From positions 1 to 61,562 of IMG/VR virus record IMGVR_UViG_3300012936_005865: a stretch of DNA of 61,562 nucleotides; one strand, given 5' to 3'. Within the stretch, counting starts at the first letter, position 1. The number at the start of each line of letters is the position of its first letter. The position numbers and the translations under genes are program-made. The notes beneath the pieces were generated by a model. That model made no database searches. It was not told where the DNA came from and saw only the letters and a program-made list of their open reading frames with translations. The stretch comes from a virus. Taxonomy: Duplodnaviria; Caudoviricetes. Shown piece after piece: positions 52,793 to 61,562 of this stretch.

Positions 52793-55700
52793 GTGGCAAA
52801 AGATTTTAAAGCAAAACAATTACGAACAACTCAGGTTATAGCATCAGGGTCAGCAGTAGGCACTACACCATCTCTATTAATATATTCGGCATCACGAGCA
52901 ACCAATGTCGATGGTGGTTACGCAGCATCTATGACTTCTACTGCAGGAAGTGATGTATGGATGTTCGTTGACGGTACAAAAAATGATACCGGTCTCGCGA
53001 ATGAAAGTCATTCCGGCAAAGTGCTTTTTGCCGGTGACGTCGTAGTATCTGGTACCCTATATGCAGAAAAACAAATCTTAGAGGTGGATCTTTCTCAAAA
53101 TTCAGACTTATTTTTGTCTGGAGCCTTGGTTCTAGGAGATCAAGGCGTGGCTCCAAATGGAGATGGCCAAACAAGGCTTTTTCAAACTATCGGAAACAAC
53201 TCTGGATCTCTTTTCGTATCAACGGGATCGGTGTATCTTGGTGCAAAATCAGGAGGTGTATACCGGGAGACAGAAATCACTCCAAAAGTTATTCAGGCAG
53301 ATAACGGAATTGGATCGCAAATTATTTCTGCTACGAATACTTCTTTGCATTTGGATATTAATAGTCTTACAGGCTCTTTAACAAATTCTAATATTGCAGA
53401 CACTGATCTTTTTGCAGTTGCAGATGTAGGTGGAACCAACGAAGTAAAAAAAATTACACTAGGCAATGTTGCTACAAAACTAGCTGGAGACGGAATTTCT
53501 GCTGGTTCTGGTATTTTAGCCGCACAAGCAAGAAACGGAATTGCCGTCACGTCAAACGGAATAGAAGTATCCCTAACTGACATATCTGGTTCTTCTTCTA
53601 TCGCTACTGGAGATAGTATTCCTTTCCTAGATACAGATGGATCAACGCAGATAAGCACTGTTGCACAATTAGTAACTGCCTTGGCTGGGGATGGTATATC
53701 TAACCTAGGCAATCAATTTCAAGCCAGTGTCGACGGATCGACAGTGGGCATATCTGGCGGCAACATTACAGTGAGAGCATCCGGGATTACAGGTACACAA
53801 TTGAACACTTCCGTGGCAGGCAATGGACTTACAGGTGGCGCAGGCTCAGCACTGTCTCTTGATCTCAACGAATTATCAGCGGCAGATGTGGCTGTATCTG
53901 CTGATTCAATCGCGATCATTGATGCTGATGATAACTCGTCGAAGAAAGAGTCGATAGCTGATTTGGTTACTGGAATTGCAGGAACAGCATCTGCAACTGG
54001 GATTTCGGCAGCTTCAGGAGTTCTATCAGTTGATATCAACGCTCTTGCTGCAGATTCTAATGCTGGTAATCTTGCCGATTCGATTGCAATATCAGATAAT
54101 AGTGATTCGAACAGCAATAAAAAGATTACACTGACTCAATTAAAAGCGTTGGTTGATACGGATACGACATATACGGCTGGTGATGGACTGAATCTCGGCG
54201 GTACAGAATTTTCCCTAGATCTCAAGTCTTCAGGAGGACTTAAAATAACTTCTGCAGAACTAGAAGTCGAACCAAGTGATTTTGCAGGAACCGGTCTAGA
54301 AGATGACGGTTCTGATAATCTTAGAATTGCTGCGTCTGCCGCTGGTTCCGGACTCACAGGAGGCGGTGGATCTCCTCTTGCATTAGACAATGCTGTTGTT
54401 CAAAAAACTATATATGCCGTTACAGGATCTGGTACTCATGGGTTTGGTACAGCAAACGCGCCTTCTGCATCAAATACTGATTCATTTGCCATCGGCAGAA
54501 GGTCTGTGGCTTCGGGCAATTACTCTGTAGCTATCGGTGCATCACAAAGCACAAACAACAATACTGCGTCCGGACTGTCTGCTGCAGCACTTGGAGGTGA
54601 CAACGCGACTGCGTCTGGAGATTACTCTGCTGTTCTTGGTGGTTCTGGTAACACAGCTTCCGGAAATTATGCCGCGGTGATTGGGCGTTCATCAACAGCT
54701 GCGGGCGAAAACTCTATAGCAATAGGAAAGTCATTGACCGCAACTGAAGCTGATTCTGTAGCTATCGGAAACTCTACCAATAACGCGAAGATTGCACTGA
54801 GTGGATCTGTTGAGGTGTTTTCTACGTCTGTATTCAATGATGATGTATCAATACTTGGAGGTGGAGATCTTTTCGTCAACACTTTCATAAAACATTATGG
54901 GGATAACCATACAAGATTTGAGTTTCTTGGCGACGAAATAAGAACAACGGTCGGGGGTTTGAACAACGTAATCGTTAAAACCGATCAGATTCTTATACTA
55001 TCTGGAGGAAGCGCAAATTCTAGTAACAATGCTGCCGCAGCGGATGTAGCATTTTATGTTTCCGGTTCTACTTCTTCACAGGGCACAACGACAAAAGGCA
55101 CAACCTTACTCGATGGAGACGTATTTGTTTCGGGCAGTTTACGAGGGCCAACAGAACTTCAATTTGGTGATAATTCAAGCGCCAGAATATTCCGAGACGG
55201 TTCAGTCCTGAAATTTGATGATGCTTCAAACGACGTAAAAACTTTGTCACAATTAGCTTCGACTGGGGTTAGTGCGGAACATTTTGTCGGTGTCCATGGT
55301 GGGTCTCCAGCTACTAGTAAATTAAAAACAACAGCATCTGTTGCATTTGCTGGTGCATCGGACAATTTTGTTGACGGGCTTGCGGGAGAAGGTGTCGGTG
55401 CTGACACTTTTGTATTCTTCTCTGGGTCTATCGGTTCTCGTGGAACCACTACTCGAGGAGTAACGCTTTTTGGTGGTGACTCTGTATTCTCAGGCTCTGC
55501 TACATATCTAGGAACTACTGCTTTTACTGATTTGACTGCGACTGGAGATATAACGGCCGGTGCTTCTTTTGTTGCAAATGGTAATACAGTAAAAAATTCC
55601 AACGGCGATAAAGTATTCAAATTTAGCTCTGGTACAGGTGCGGCACTTATGGGTGACGGATCTATAATTGATAGTACAACACCATCTGCGTTTTTGCATA

Positions 55701-57913
55701 TTGAAAACGCAGAAAACGTTCAAGCTGCTGCAACGAACGAAACAGCAAACTTTAATATCTTATTAAGAAATAGCACCGTTCAAACTAATGCGTTTGCAGG
55801 TATTGCTTTCGATGTATCGACAGAGCTTGACGCTGATTCTATCGGTGCGGCCATTAGAGCAGAACGAGATACATCCGCAGGAACAACAGTAGGAAACCAT
55901 GCAACTAATTTGACATTTGCAACGAACAACACCGGGGATGATGCCCTTACTGAAAGAATGAGAATAACTCATGATGGAAAAGTTGGTATAGGTGTAGAAC
56001 CTGGTTACGCTCTAGATGTGAGCGGCGACGTCCGAATCCGCGGAAATGATATCAGAGATAACAGTGGAAATGTTTTTATTAGTGGTGACGGTTCTGCAAA
56101 CACAGTCGTAGCAAACGATCTTACCGTTAGTGGCGGAGATATTTTTGGTCCAACGGACGGCGACTTAAATATCAAATCAGATGGAAATATCACCTTTATT
56201 ATCGACAATGATAACGACGAATCCTCGCAAGGGTTTTTGTTTAAAAATAATACATCCTCAGACGTTTTTGAAATTACAGAGTCAGGCGATATTCAAGCCG
56301 CGGGTGATTTAACCGTCGGAGGCAACGATATTAAGGACTCTGGTGGTAACACAGTAATTTCTTTTGATGGTTCTGGTAACATAGACAACAATGTTGATTT
56401 CACGGGCACTGTTGACTTCGAAGGTATAGTTCATGTTTCTCAGTATATTCAACACCTTAGTGATACTAATACTCGACTTGTTTTTAACGACGATCAAATA
56501 AATATTGAAGTAGGCGGCGTTGGTTTTATGTCATTGACCGAAAATGATTCTCAGGATACGATTGTTTTTAACGAAGGCTCAAATGATATAGATTTTCGCG
56601 TTGAATCGAATAATGAAGATTATATGTTTTTTGTCGATGCAGGAACAAACAGAATCGGAATGGGGATTAGCGGTCCTGCGGCAACTCTAGAGGTAAAAGG
56701 TGCAACAGCTGATGAAACTACAATTCTTTTGCGGGATTCTAATTCATCGGACATCATTGCAAAATTGTATCATGAAAACGGCGAGGACGATGGAGTCCTA
56801 GATCTATATGCCAATGGTGCTGTAACAGCACGTATCCACGGTAATGGAGATTCATTTATAAACGGCGGTGACCTGTCGATAGGCGAACAGCTGTCTGTAG
56901 TCAAAGGTATACCTAAGTCGGCTTCTGTTCTTTGTAACAGCAGCATTGACACCAATGAAGATAGATTTTTTAAGATTGCTACCATTGATACTACTATAAC
57001 GAATCAAAAACAGGCAAAAACAACAATATTAGTGACTATGGCTGGTCCAGAGGTTGCCGATATATATGGCGCCGATGATACTTTTTTGCTGCACGTAGAA
57101 TACGCTGCATCTAATGCAAGCCCATATTATCAGGAACAAGGTACTTTCATAAGAGTCGACACTGTGTCGGGCGCAACGGACCTAGAAGACTTTGATCCTG
57201 CAACAGATGTGGTCATGACTTTTAGTAACACCGGATTACCTACGCAAATAGACCTTTATATCAAGTCAAGGGAATCACACAGAACGGTCTATACGTCAAT
57301 TCTAGGCGGTACTACATCTCAAGTACCTGGAGGTACTCAGTATGCAATAGAAGGATTTAGGCTTTTATCTGGACAGACTCCGGCTGCAGCAATTACTAGC
57401 CTTGGTACAGATGTATTTGGTACATGGGTGTCAAAATACTATTCAGCGGTTAGTATAAATGGTGGACAGCTTTTTAAGCCGGCTTATGCATCTGTAAAAC
57501 TTACCTCAGACACTGATAATAATGCAAATGAATTTAATCCGTTTGATTCAGACGTTAACGGATCTCCAACAGAAATGTGTACAGCCGCGGGGATTACGTT
57601 TACTGCTAGCACTGGAAGATTTACGATTACCGAAGCTGGTGCATACGAAATATCAGCGAACATATTTATTAACGGATCACAACATTCAGGTAACCTAGGC
57701 GCCTTTAAACTAGAAAAAAATGGTAGTACAGATTTGTTAGCTGCTAACCCAGATGTATCTGTAGGCGCTGATACTGTTGAACTTAATTTAAACGGCATAT
57801 TTGATTTTGCAGCATCCGATTATGTAGAATTTAAAATAGATAGTTTCAATGGTCTTACTAGTCAGCTAAATGTTGATCAAGGCTCAACACTTACAATAAA
57901 GCGTGTCGGATAA
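52793..57913 (+). CDS. large tail fibre/virion structural protein (1706 aa)
   Basis: AGDGL repeats, YadA-head-like ASG.YS..IG repeats, ERMRITHDGKVGIG, DIDFRVES, C-terminal GRFTI..AG.Y.I beta-sandwich. Confidence 0.85.
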   Translation: MAKDFKAKQLRTTQVIASGSAVGTTPSLLIYSASRATNVDGGYAASMTSTAGSDVWMFVDGTKNDTGLANESHSGKVLFAGDVVVSGTLYAEKQILEVDLSQNSDLFLSGALVLGDQGVAPNGDGQTRLFQTIGNNSGSLFVSTGSVYLGAKSGGVYRETEITPKVIQADNGIGSQIISATNTSLHLDINSLTGSLTNSNIADTDLFAVADVGGTNEVKKITLGNVATKLAGDGISAGSGILAAQARNGIAVTSNGIEVSLTDISGSSSIATGDSIPFLDTDGSTQISTVAQLVTALAGDGISNLGNQFQASVDGSTVGISGGNITVRASGITGTQLNTSVAGNGLTGGAGSALSLDLNELSAADVAVSADSIAIIDADDNSSKKESIADLVTGIAGTASATGISAASGVLSVDINALAADSNAGNLADSIAISDNSDSNSNKKITLTQLKALVDTDTTYTAGDGLNLGGTEFSLDLKSSGGLKITSAELEVEPSDFAGTGLEDDGSDNLRIAASAAGSGLTGGGGSPLALDNAVVQKTIYAVTGSGTHGFGTANAPSASNTDSFAIGRRSVASGNYSVAIGASQSTNNNTASGLSAAALGGDNATASGDYSAVLGGSGNTASGNYAAVIGRSSTAAGENSIAIGKSLTATEADSVAIGNSTNNAKIALSGSVEVFSTSVFNDDVSILGGGDLFVNTFIKHYGDNHTRFEFLGDEIRTTVGGLNNVIVKTDQILILSGGSANSSNNAAAADVAFYVSGSTSSQGTTTKGTTLLDGDVFVSGSLRGPTELQFGDNSSARIFRDGSVLKFDDASNDVKTLSQLASTGVSAEHFVGVHGGSPATSKLKTTASVAFAGASDNFVDGLAGEGVGADTFVFFSGSIGSRGTTTRGVTLFGGDSVFSGSATYLGTTAFTDLTATGDITAGASFVANGNTVKNSNGDKVFKFSSGTGAALMGDGSIIDSTTPSAFLHIENAENVQAAATNETANFNILLRNSTVQTNAFAGIAFDVSTELDADSIGAAIRAERDTSAGTTVGNHATNLTFATNNTGDDALTERMRITHDGKVGIGVEPGYALDVSGDVRIRGNDIRDNSGNVFISGDGSANTVVANDLTVSGGDIFGPTDGDLNIKSDGNITFIIDNDNDESSQGFLFKNNTSSDVFEITESGDIQAAGDLTVGGNDIKDSGGNTVISFDGSGNIDNNVDFTGTVDFEGIVHVSQYIQHLSDTNTRLVFNDDQINIEVGGVGFMSLTENDSQDTIVFNEGSNDIDFRVESNNEDYMFFVDAGTNRIGMGISGPAATLEVKGATADETTILLRDSNSSDIIAKLYHENGEDDGVLDLYANGAVTARIHGNGDSFINGGDLSIGEQLSVVKGIPKSASVLCNSSIDTNEDRFFKIATIDTTITNQKQAKTTILVTMAGPEVADIYGADDTFLLHVEYAASNASPYYQEQGTFIRVDTVSGATDLEDFDPATDVVMTFSNTGLPTQIDLYIKSRESHRTVYTSILGGTTSQVPGGTQYAIEGFRLLSGQTPAAAITSLGTDVFGTWVSKYYSAVSINGGQLFKPAYASVKLTSDTDNNANEFNPFDSDVNGSPTEMCTAAGITFTASTGRFTITEAGAYEISANIFINGSQHSGNLGAFKLEKNGSTDLLAANPDVSVGADTVELNLNGIFDFAASDYVEFKIDSFNGLTSQLNVDQGSTLTIKRVG

Positions 57914-58059
57914 TTAAGATATTAGTTTAATGAAATACTGATGTCATGTACTTATCGCTATAGCTAATTGGTAATTGATATTAGAATTATTAATTGGTTT
58001 AATTTAAAGATATAAAATAATTTAAGATGTATAAATTTAAATTACTTAAATTATTATAA

Positions 58060-58088
58060 TTGTACATTTGTCCATTCTCAGGTACTAT
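58060..58088 (+). promoter_or_regulatory. sigma70-type promoter TTGTAC-N17-TACTAT
   Basis: Variant motif upstream of glycosyltransferase cluster. Confidence 0.55.
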
Positions 58089-58120
58089 AGGAACAGTATT
58101 TTTTAATTGGAGAATGATAT

Positions 58121-60037
58121 ATGTTCGAAAGTCCATTTGGAACAAAAGAAGAATTACTAATTCCTTCAGAATGTGATGTAGTATTTGTCAGCGATCTGTT
58201 TGCTTCCCAGTATCTAGGAGGAGCAGAATTGACCACTCAAGCTCTAATAGATTCAGCGTCTGAAGGGATACGTACTTTTTGTATTAATGCAAAAGACATT
58301 ACTATGAAGACTCTAGAATCTGGAATGAATAAATTCTGGATCTTTGGAAATGCAACACAGATGAATCTTCAGCTTGTGCCATCAATAGTTGCCAACCTGA
58401 ATTATTCTGTACTAGAATATGACTATAAATTTTGTCGATACAGATCCATGGAAAAACATTTTGAGGCAGAACAGCAAGAATGTGACTGTGAACATGGAAT
58501 GACAGGAAAATTATATTCTGCTTTCTTTCACGCCGCAAAGACAGTATTTTATATGTCTCAGGAACAAATGGGAATATATCATAAAACGTTTCCATTCCTA
58601 GCGGAAAAAGAAGGAAGTAACCAAGTAGTACTTTCTTCAGTCTTTGACGATAAGTTTTTTGCAGAAGTAAAACTTTTGAAAGACACTCCTAAAAACAGTA
58701 AATGGTTAGTCGTTGGTGGAAGTTGGATCAAAGGTACAGAAGATGGAGTAAAGTGGTGCGAAGACAACGGAAAAGAATACGAAATTATTCAAGGGCTTAC
58801 TCATGAACAAGTACTTCAAAAAATGGCCGAATCAGAAGGTCTTGTTTTTCTACCAAAGGGAAAAGACACTTGTCCACGAGTTGTTCTAGAAGCACAAATG
58901 CTTGGTTGCAAACTTCACCTAAATGATAATGTACAACATAAAGATGAATTTCCTTTTACCGATGGAACAGAAGAAGATATAGAAATATACCTTTATGGAC
59001 GAAGAGAATCTTTTTGGGAACAGACTAAGTCTGACATGAATTGGAATCCGAGAATCTCCGGATATACAACGACTTACAATTGCATATCTCAAAAATATCC
59101 ATTCAAACAATCCATTAAGTCTCTTCTTGGATTCTGTGATGAAGTAGTTGTGATGGACGGTGGTTCAAACGATGGCACCTATGAAGAACTCGTAGCATGG
59201 TCTAAGAGTGAGCCAAAATTAAAAGTATATATCAATCCGGTTGATTGGAATGCAAAAGGTTCTGCCGTTGAAGACGGCAAACAGAAAGCTCGTGCGCGAG
59301 AAAAGTGCACTATGGACTTTTGTTGGCAACAAGATGTTGACGAAATTGTACACGAGACTCACTATGAAAAAATTACCAAGCTCTGTCGACAGTTTCCTAA
59401 GTTTATTGATCTTATAGCGTTGCCAGTTGTAGAATATTGGGGAGGATACGAAAAGGTTCGTCTAGACATTAATCCATGGAAATGGCGACTGAGTAGAAAT
59501 AAGGAAGAGATCACTCATGGAATACCCAAACAACTGCAAATGTTTCATGAAGACGGAACGCCGTATGCCAAAATGGGTACTGATGGCTGCGACTATGTAA
59601 ATAAAGAAACTTCTGAGCTTATTGCTCACGCTTCATTTTACACGCAAGAGGTACACAATGTTAGACTTGCGGCTTTACAAGGTATACCAAACGCACACGA
59701 ATCATATCAACAATGGTTCAATACTCTAGTAAAAAATATGCCAGGAGTCTTTCATTATTCTTGGTTTGACATAGAAAGAAAAATAAAGACCTATAGTAAA
59801 TTTTGGCAAAAACACTGGGAAAGTCTTTTTAATATAAAACAAGAAGACACAGCTGAAAACAACATGTTTTTTGACAAGCCATGGACCGAGGTCACCGAAA
59901 AAGAAATAACTGAATTGGCAAAAAAGTTATCCTCTGAGATGGGTGGATGGATATTTCATTCAAAAGTAGACTTTACAAAGCCGACACCACATCTTACATT
60001 AGATATAAATCCACCAGAGGTAATGAATGAACAGTGA
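58121..60037 (+). CDS. bifunctional glycosyltransferase (GT-B-like N-half + GT2 C-half)
   Basis: GGAE, KG, CPR.V.EA..LGC; then SL..FCDEVVV.DGGS.DGT and D.DE. Confidence 0.85.
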   Translation: MFESPFGTKEELLIPSECDVVFVSDLFASQYLGGAELTTQALIDSASEGIRTFCINAKDITMKTLESGMNKFWIFGNATQMNLQLVPSIVANLNYSVLEYDYKFCRYRSMEKHFEAEQQECDCEHGMTGKLYSAFFHAAKTVFYMSQEQMGIYHKTFPFLAEKEGSNQVVLSSVFDDKFFAEVKLLKDTPKNSKWLVVGGSWIKGTEDGVKWCEDNGKEYEIIQGLTHEQVLQKMAESEGLVFLPKGKDTCPRVVLEAQMLGCKLHLNDNVQHKDEFPFTDGTEEDIEIYLYGRRESFWEQTKSDMNWNPRISGYTTTYNCISQKYPFKQSIKSLLGFCDEVVVMDGGSNDGTYEELVAWSKSEPKLKVYINPVDWNAKGSAVEDGKQKARAREKCTMDFCWQQDVDEIVHETHYEKITKLCRQFPKFIDLIALPVVEYWGGYEKVRLDINPWKWRLSRNKEEITHGIPKQLQMFHEDGTPYAKMGTDGCDYVNKETSELIAHASFYTQEVHNVRLAALQGIPNAHESYQQWFNTLVKNMPGVFHYSWFDIERKIKTYSKFWQKHWESLFNIKQEDTAENNMFFDKPWTEVTEKEITELAKKLSSEMGGWIFHSKVDFTKPTPHLTLDINPPEVMNEQ

Positions 60038-60758
60038 AAAAATCCTAGTAACAATATGCAACTACAACCACTCTCAGTATCTTGAAGAATCTATTAAGTC
60101 AATTCAAGATCAAACATATCAGAATCTAGATATTTGTGTAGTTGATGATGGATCTGATAACCAAGAAGAAGTTATGGATCTAATGCAACAATTTCGCGAA
60201 GACGAAAGAGTAAGATTTTTCGTGAATGAACAAAACAAAGGAAAATGGTACTGTTTGAACGAAGCTATCAGAACTACAGACGCTACTATTTGTACTGCTC
60301 ACGATGCAGATGATGTCTCGCTTAAACAAAGAATTCAAGCTCAACTTATGACCATGAAAGAAACAGACACTATTCATAATCTTTGTGGATTTTATCATTG
60401 TTGGAATGAAGATCACGTAAAAAAATATAAAATGATGAATTTAGCGGTTGATGCTCCTCTTTCTATTATTGGGCCAGCTGACATATCAAAGATTGTTTTG
60501 CAAGGCTATCAAATGCCGCATATCAATCATTATTACACTGGTAATTTTGAAACAGCAGGGGTGTCTGCAATGTTTTATAAAGCGTTATGGGACTATGGCA
60601 CTAGATTTTTGCCACCAGATGTTGGTGTAAGAGTTTTACTTTCTGAGGATTCTGATTTTAATTATCGTGCAACAGCAACATACGGAAAAACTTCTATTGT
60701 TGCTGAAAAGCTTTATTGTTACCGAAGGAATACTTCAACAAACAAGGAGCAAATGTGA
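60027..60758 (+). CDS. glycosyltransferase family 2
   Basis: YN...YL..SI.SI..QT, VVDDGSD, N.G....N, HDADD, ED. Confidence 0.9.
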   Translation: MNSEKILVTICNYNHSQYLEESIKSIQDQTYQNLDICVVDDGSDNQEEVMDLMQQFREDERVRFFVNEQNKGKWYCLNEAIRTTDATICTAHDADDVSLKQRIQAQLMTMKETDTIHNLCGFYHCWNEDHVKKYKMMNLAVDAPLSIIGPADISKIVLQGYQMPHINHYYTGNFETAGVSAMFYKALWDYGTRFLPPDVGVRVLLSEDSDFNYRATATYGKTSIVAEKLYCYRRNTSTNKEQM

Positions 60759-61507
60759 GGCCTAAATTAAAGATAGTCGTGCCAACTTATAATACAGAAC
60801 AGTGGATTGTTAGGTGTCTAGACTCTATATACAATCAATCTTACAAAAATTACGAATGCATTGTTATAAACGACGCGTCGACTGATAATACCAGAAAAAA
60901 AATTGACACATACCTAGAATCTATTCAAGATGATCGTTTTACTGTCATTCATAATACGGTAAATAAAAAAGCATTGCAAAATATTGTAGATGGTTTTGAT
61001 TGGTTGAAATCAAAGCACAGCCCAGAGTGCGTTTTGATGGCAATCGACGGCGACGACTTTCTATATTCTGCGATGTCACTTGAGATCATAGCACAAGTGT
61101 ATGATAGACATAATCCTTTATTGACTTACGGTAATTGGATAGGTTGGCCTTTTGGAGGTCCTTCCAATAACCGTGCTATACCAGACCTAGTTCACAAAAT
61201 GAAAAATTATAGAGAGTTACCGTTTGCTTTTTCGCATCTTCGGACATTCAAATCAAAATTATGGTACAACATAGACCAAGAAGATCTAAAGGATGCAAAC
61301 GGTAATTTTTATGGAGTAGGATGGGATGTATCTTTTATGTTGCCTATGATAGAAATGGCGCAAGAAAGAGCAGTAATGATTCCTAACGTGCTATATTGTT
61401 ACAACAGAATAAATCCTATAAGTGACGATAAAATAAGACAACAGGAACAGATTGCAGTTGATAACGAAATCAGAAATAAAAAACCTTATAAGAGATACAC
61501 AGAATGA
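60755..61507 (+). CDS. glycosyltransferase family 2
   Basis: VVPTYN...I.RCL.SI..Q, INDASTD, DGDD. Confidence 0.9.
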   Translation: MRPKLKIVVPTYNTEQWIVRCLDSIYNQSYKNYECIVINDASTDNTRKKIDTYLESIQDDRFTVIHNTVNKKALQNIVDGFDWLKSKHSPECVLMAIDGDDFLYSAMSLEIIAQVYDRHNPLLTYGNWIGWPFGGPSNNRAIPDLVHKMKNYRELPFAFSHLRTFKSKLWYNIDQEDLKDANGNFYGVGWDVSFMLPMIEMAQERAVMIPNVLYCYNRINPISDDKIRQQEQIAVDNEIRNKKPYKRYTE

Positions 61508-61562
61508 TTACTTTTTCTCAATTAGGAAAGTACGGCCGCTTAGGAAATCAAATGTTTCAATA
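61504..61562 (+). CDS. alpha-1,2-fucosyltransferase-like GT11 (5' partial, runs off window)
   Basis: Manual translation MITFSQLGKYGRLGNQMFQ matches the GT11 N-terminal G.LGNQ.FQ motif. Confidence 0.7.
   Translation, partial: MITFSQLGKYGRLGNQMFQ

Noticed and set aside
52938-57798. Multiple minus-strand ORFs within the tail fibre gene
   Set aside because: Antisense shadows of a Gly/Ser/Ala/Thr-rich frame; no RBS or motifs
1-61562. Bacterial chromosome origin
   Set aside because: Host-like genes are isolated from their normal operons (rpmJ alone) and interspersed with tail fibres and many tiny phage-type ORFs; no core housekeeping operons. No capsid or terminase gene is in the window, so phage origin remains an inference
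1-61562. CRISPR array, IS element, integrase, or diversity-generating retroelement
   Set aside because: No regularly spaced repeats, transposase, recombinase or reverse transcriptase motifs seen by eye
1-61562. Stop-codon reassignment as in some jumbo phages
   Set aside because: Recognisable genes are full length in the standard code and TAA, TAG and TGA all end conserved proteins

Overview
This window is best read as part of a large (jumbo-type) tailed dsDNA bacteriophage genome, not a cellular chromosome. Genes are densely packed, mostly on the + strand, with Shine-Dalgarno sites and recurring sigma70-type TTGTAA-N17-TATAAT promoters. Phage-typical content includes arrays of tiny 'MKxGDLV' SH3/KOW-like ORFs, two tail-fibre-like genes, thymidine kinase, PIN-PhoH, Hsp20, a MoxR-like AAA/VWA-metallopeptidase pair and a DinG-like helicase. 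Host-type genes are unusually rich: a complete tmRNA, ribosomal protein bL36 (missed by the ORF track), a yeaH-spoVR-prkA module, a speD-speE-class II aldolase polyamine cluster, a soluble two-component system, Hc1 histone-like and sigma-region-4 proteins, a degenerate chaperonin, and sugar-nucleotide/glycosyltransferase genes. The strongest unexplained pattern is a basic amphipathic peptide (consensus about MKITxxQLRRIIxE) on roughly 18 otherwise unrelated proteins, several of them enzyme-like. I infer it is a capsid-targeting/protease-cleavage tag for virion-packaged effector proteins. All calls come from motif recognition by eye; no database searches were run.
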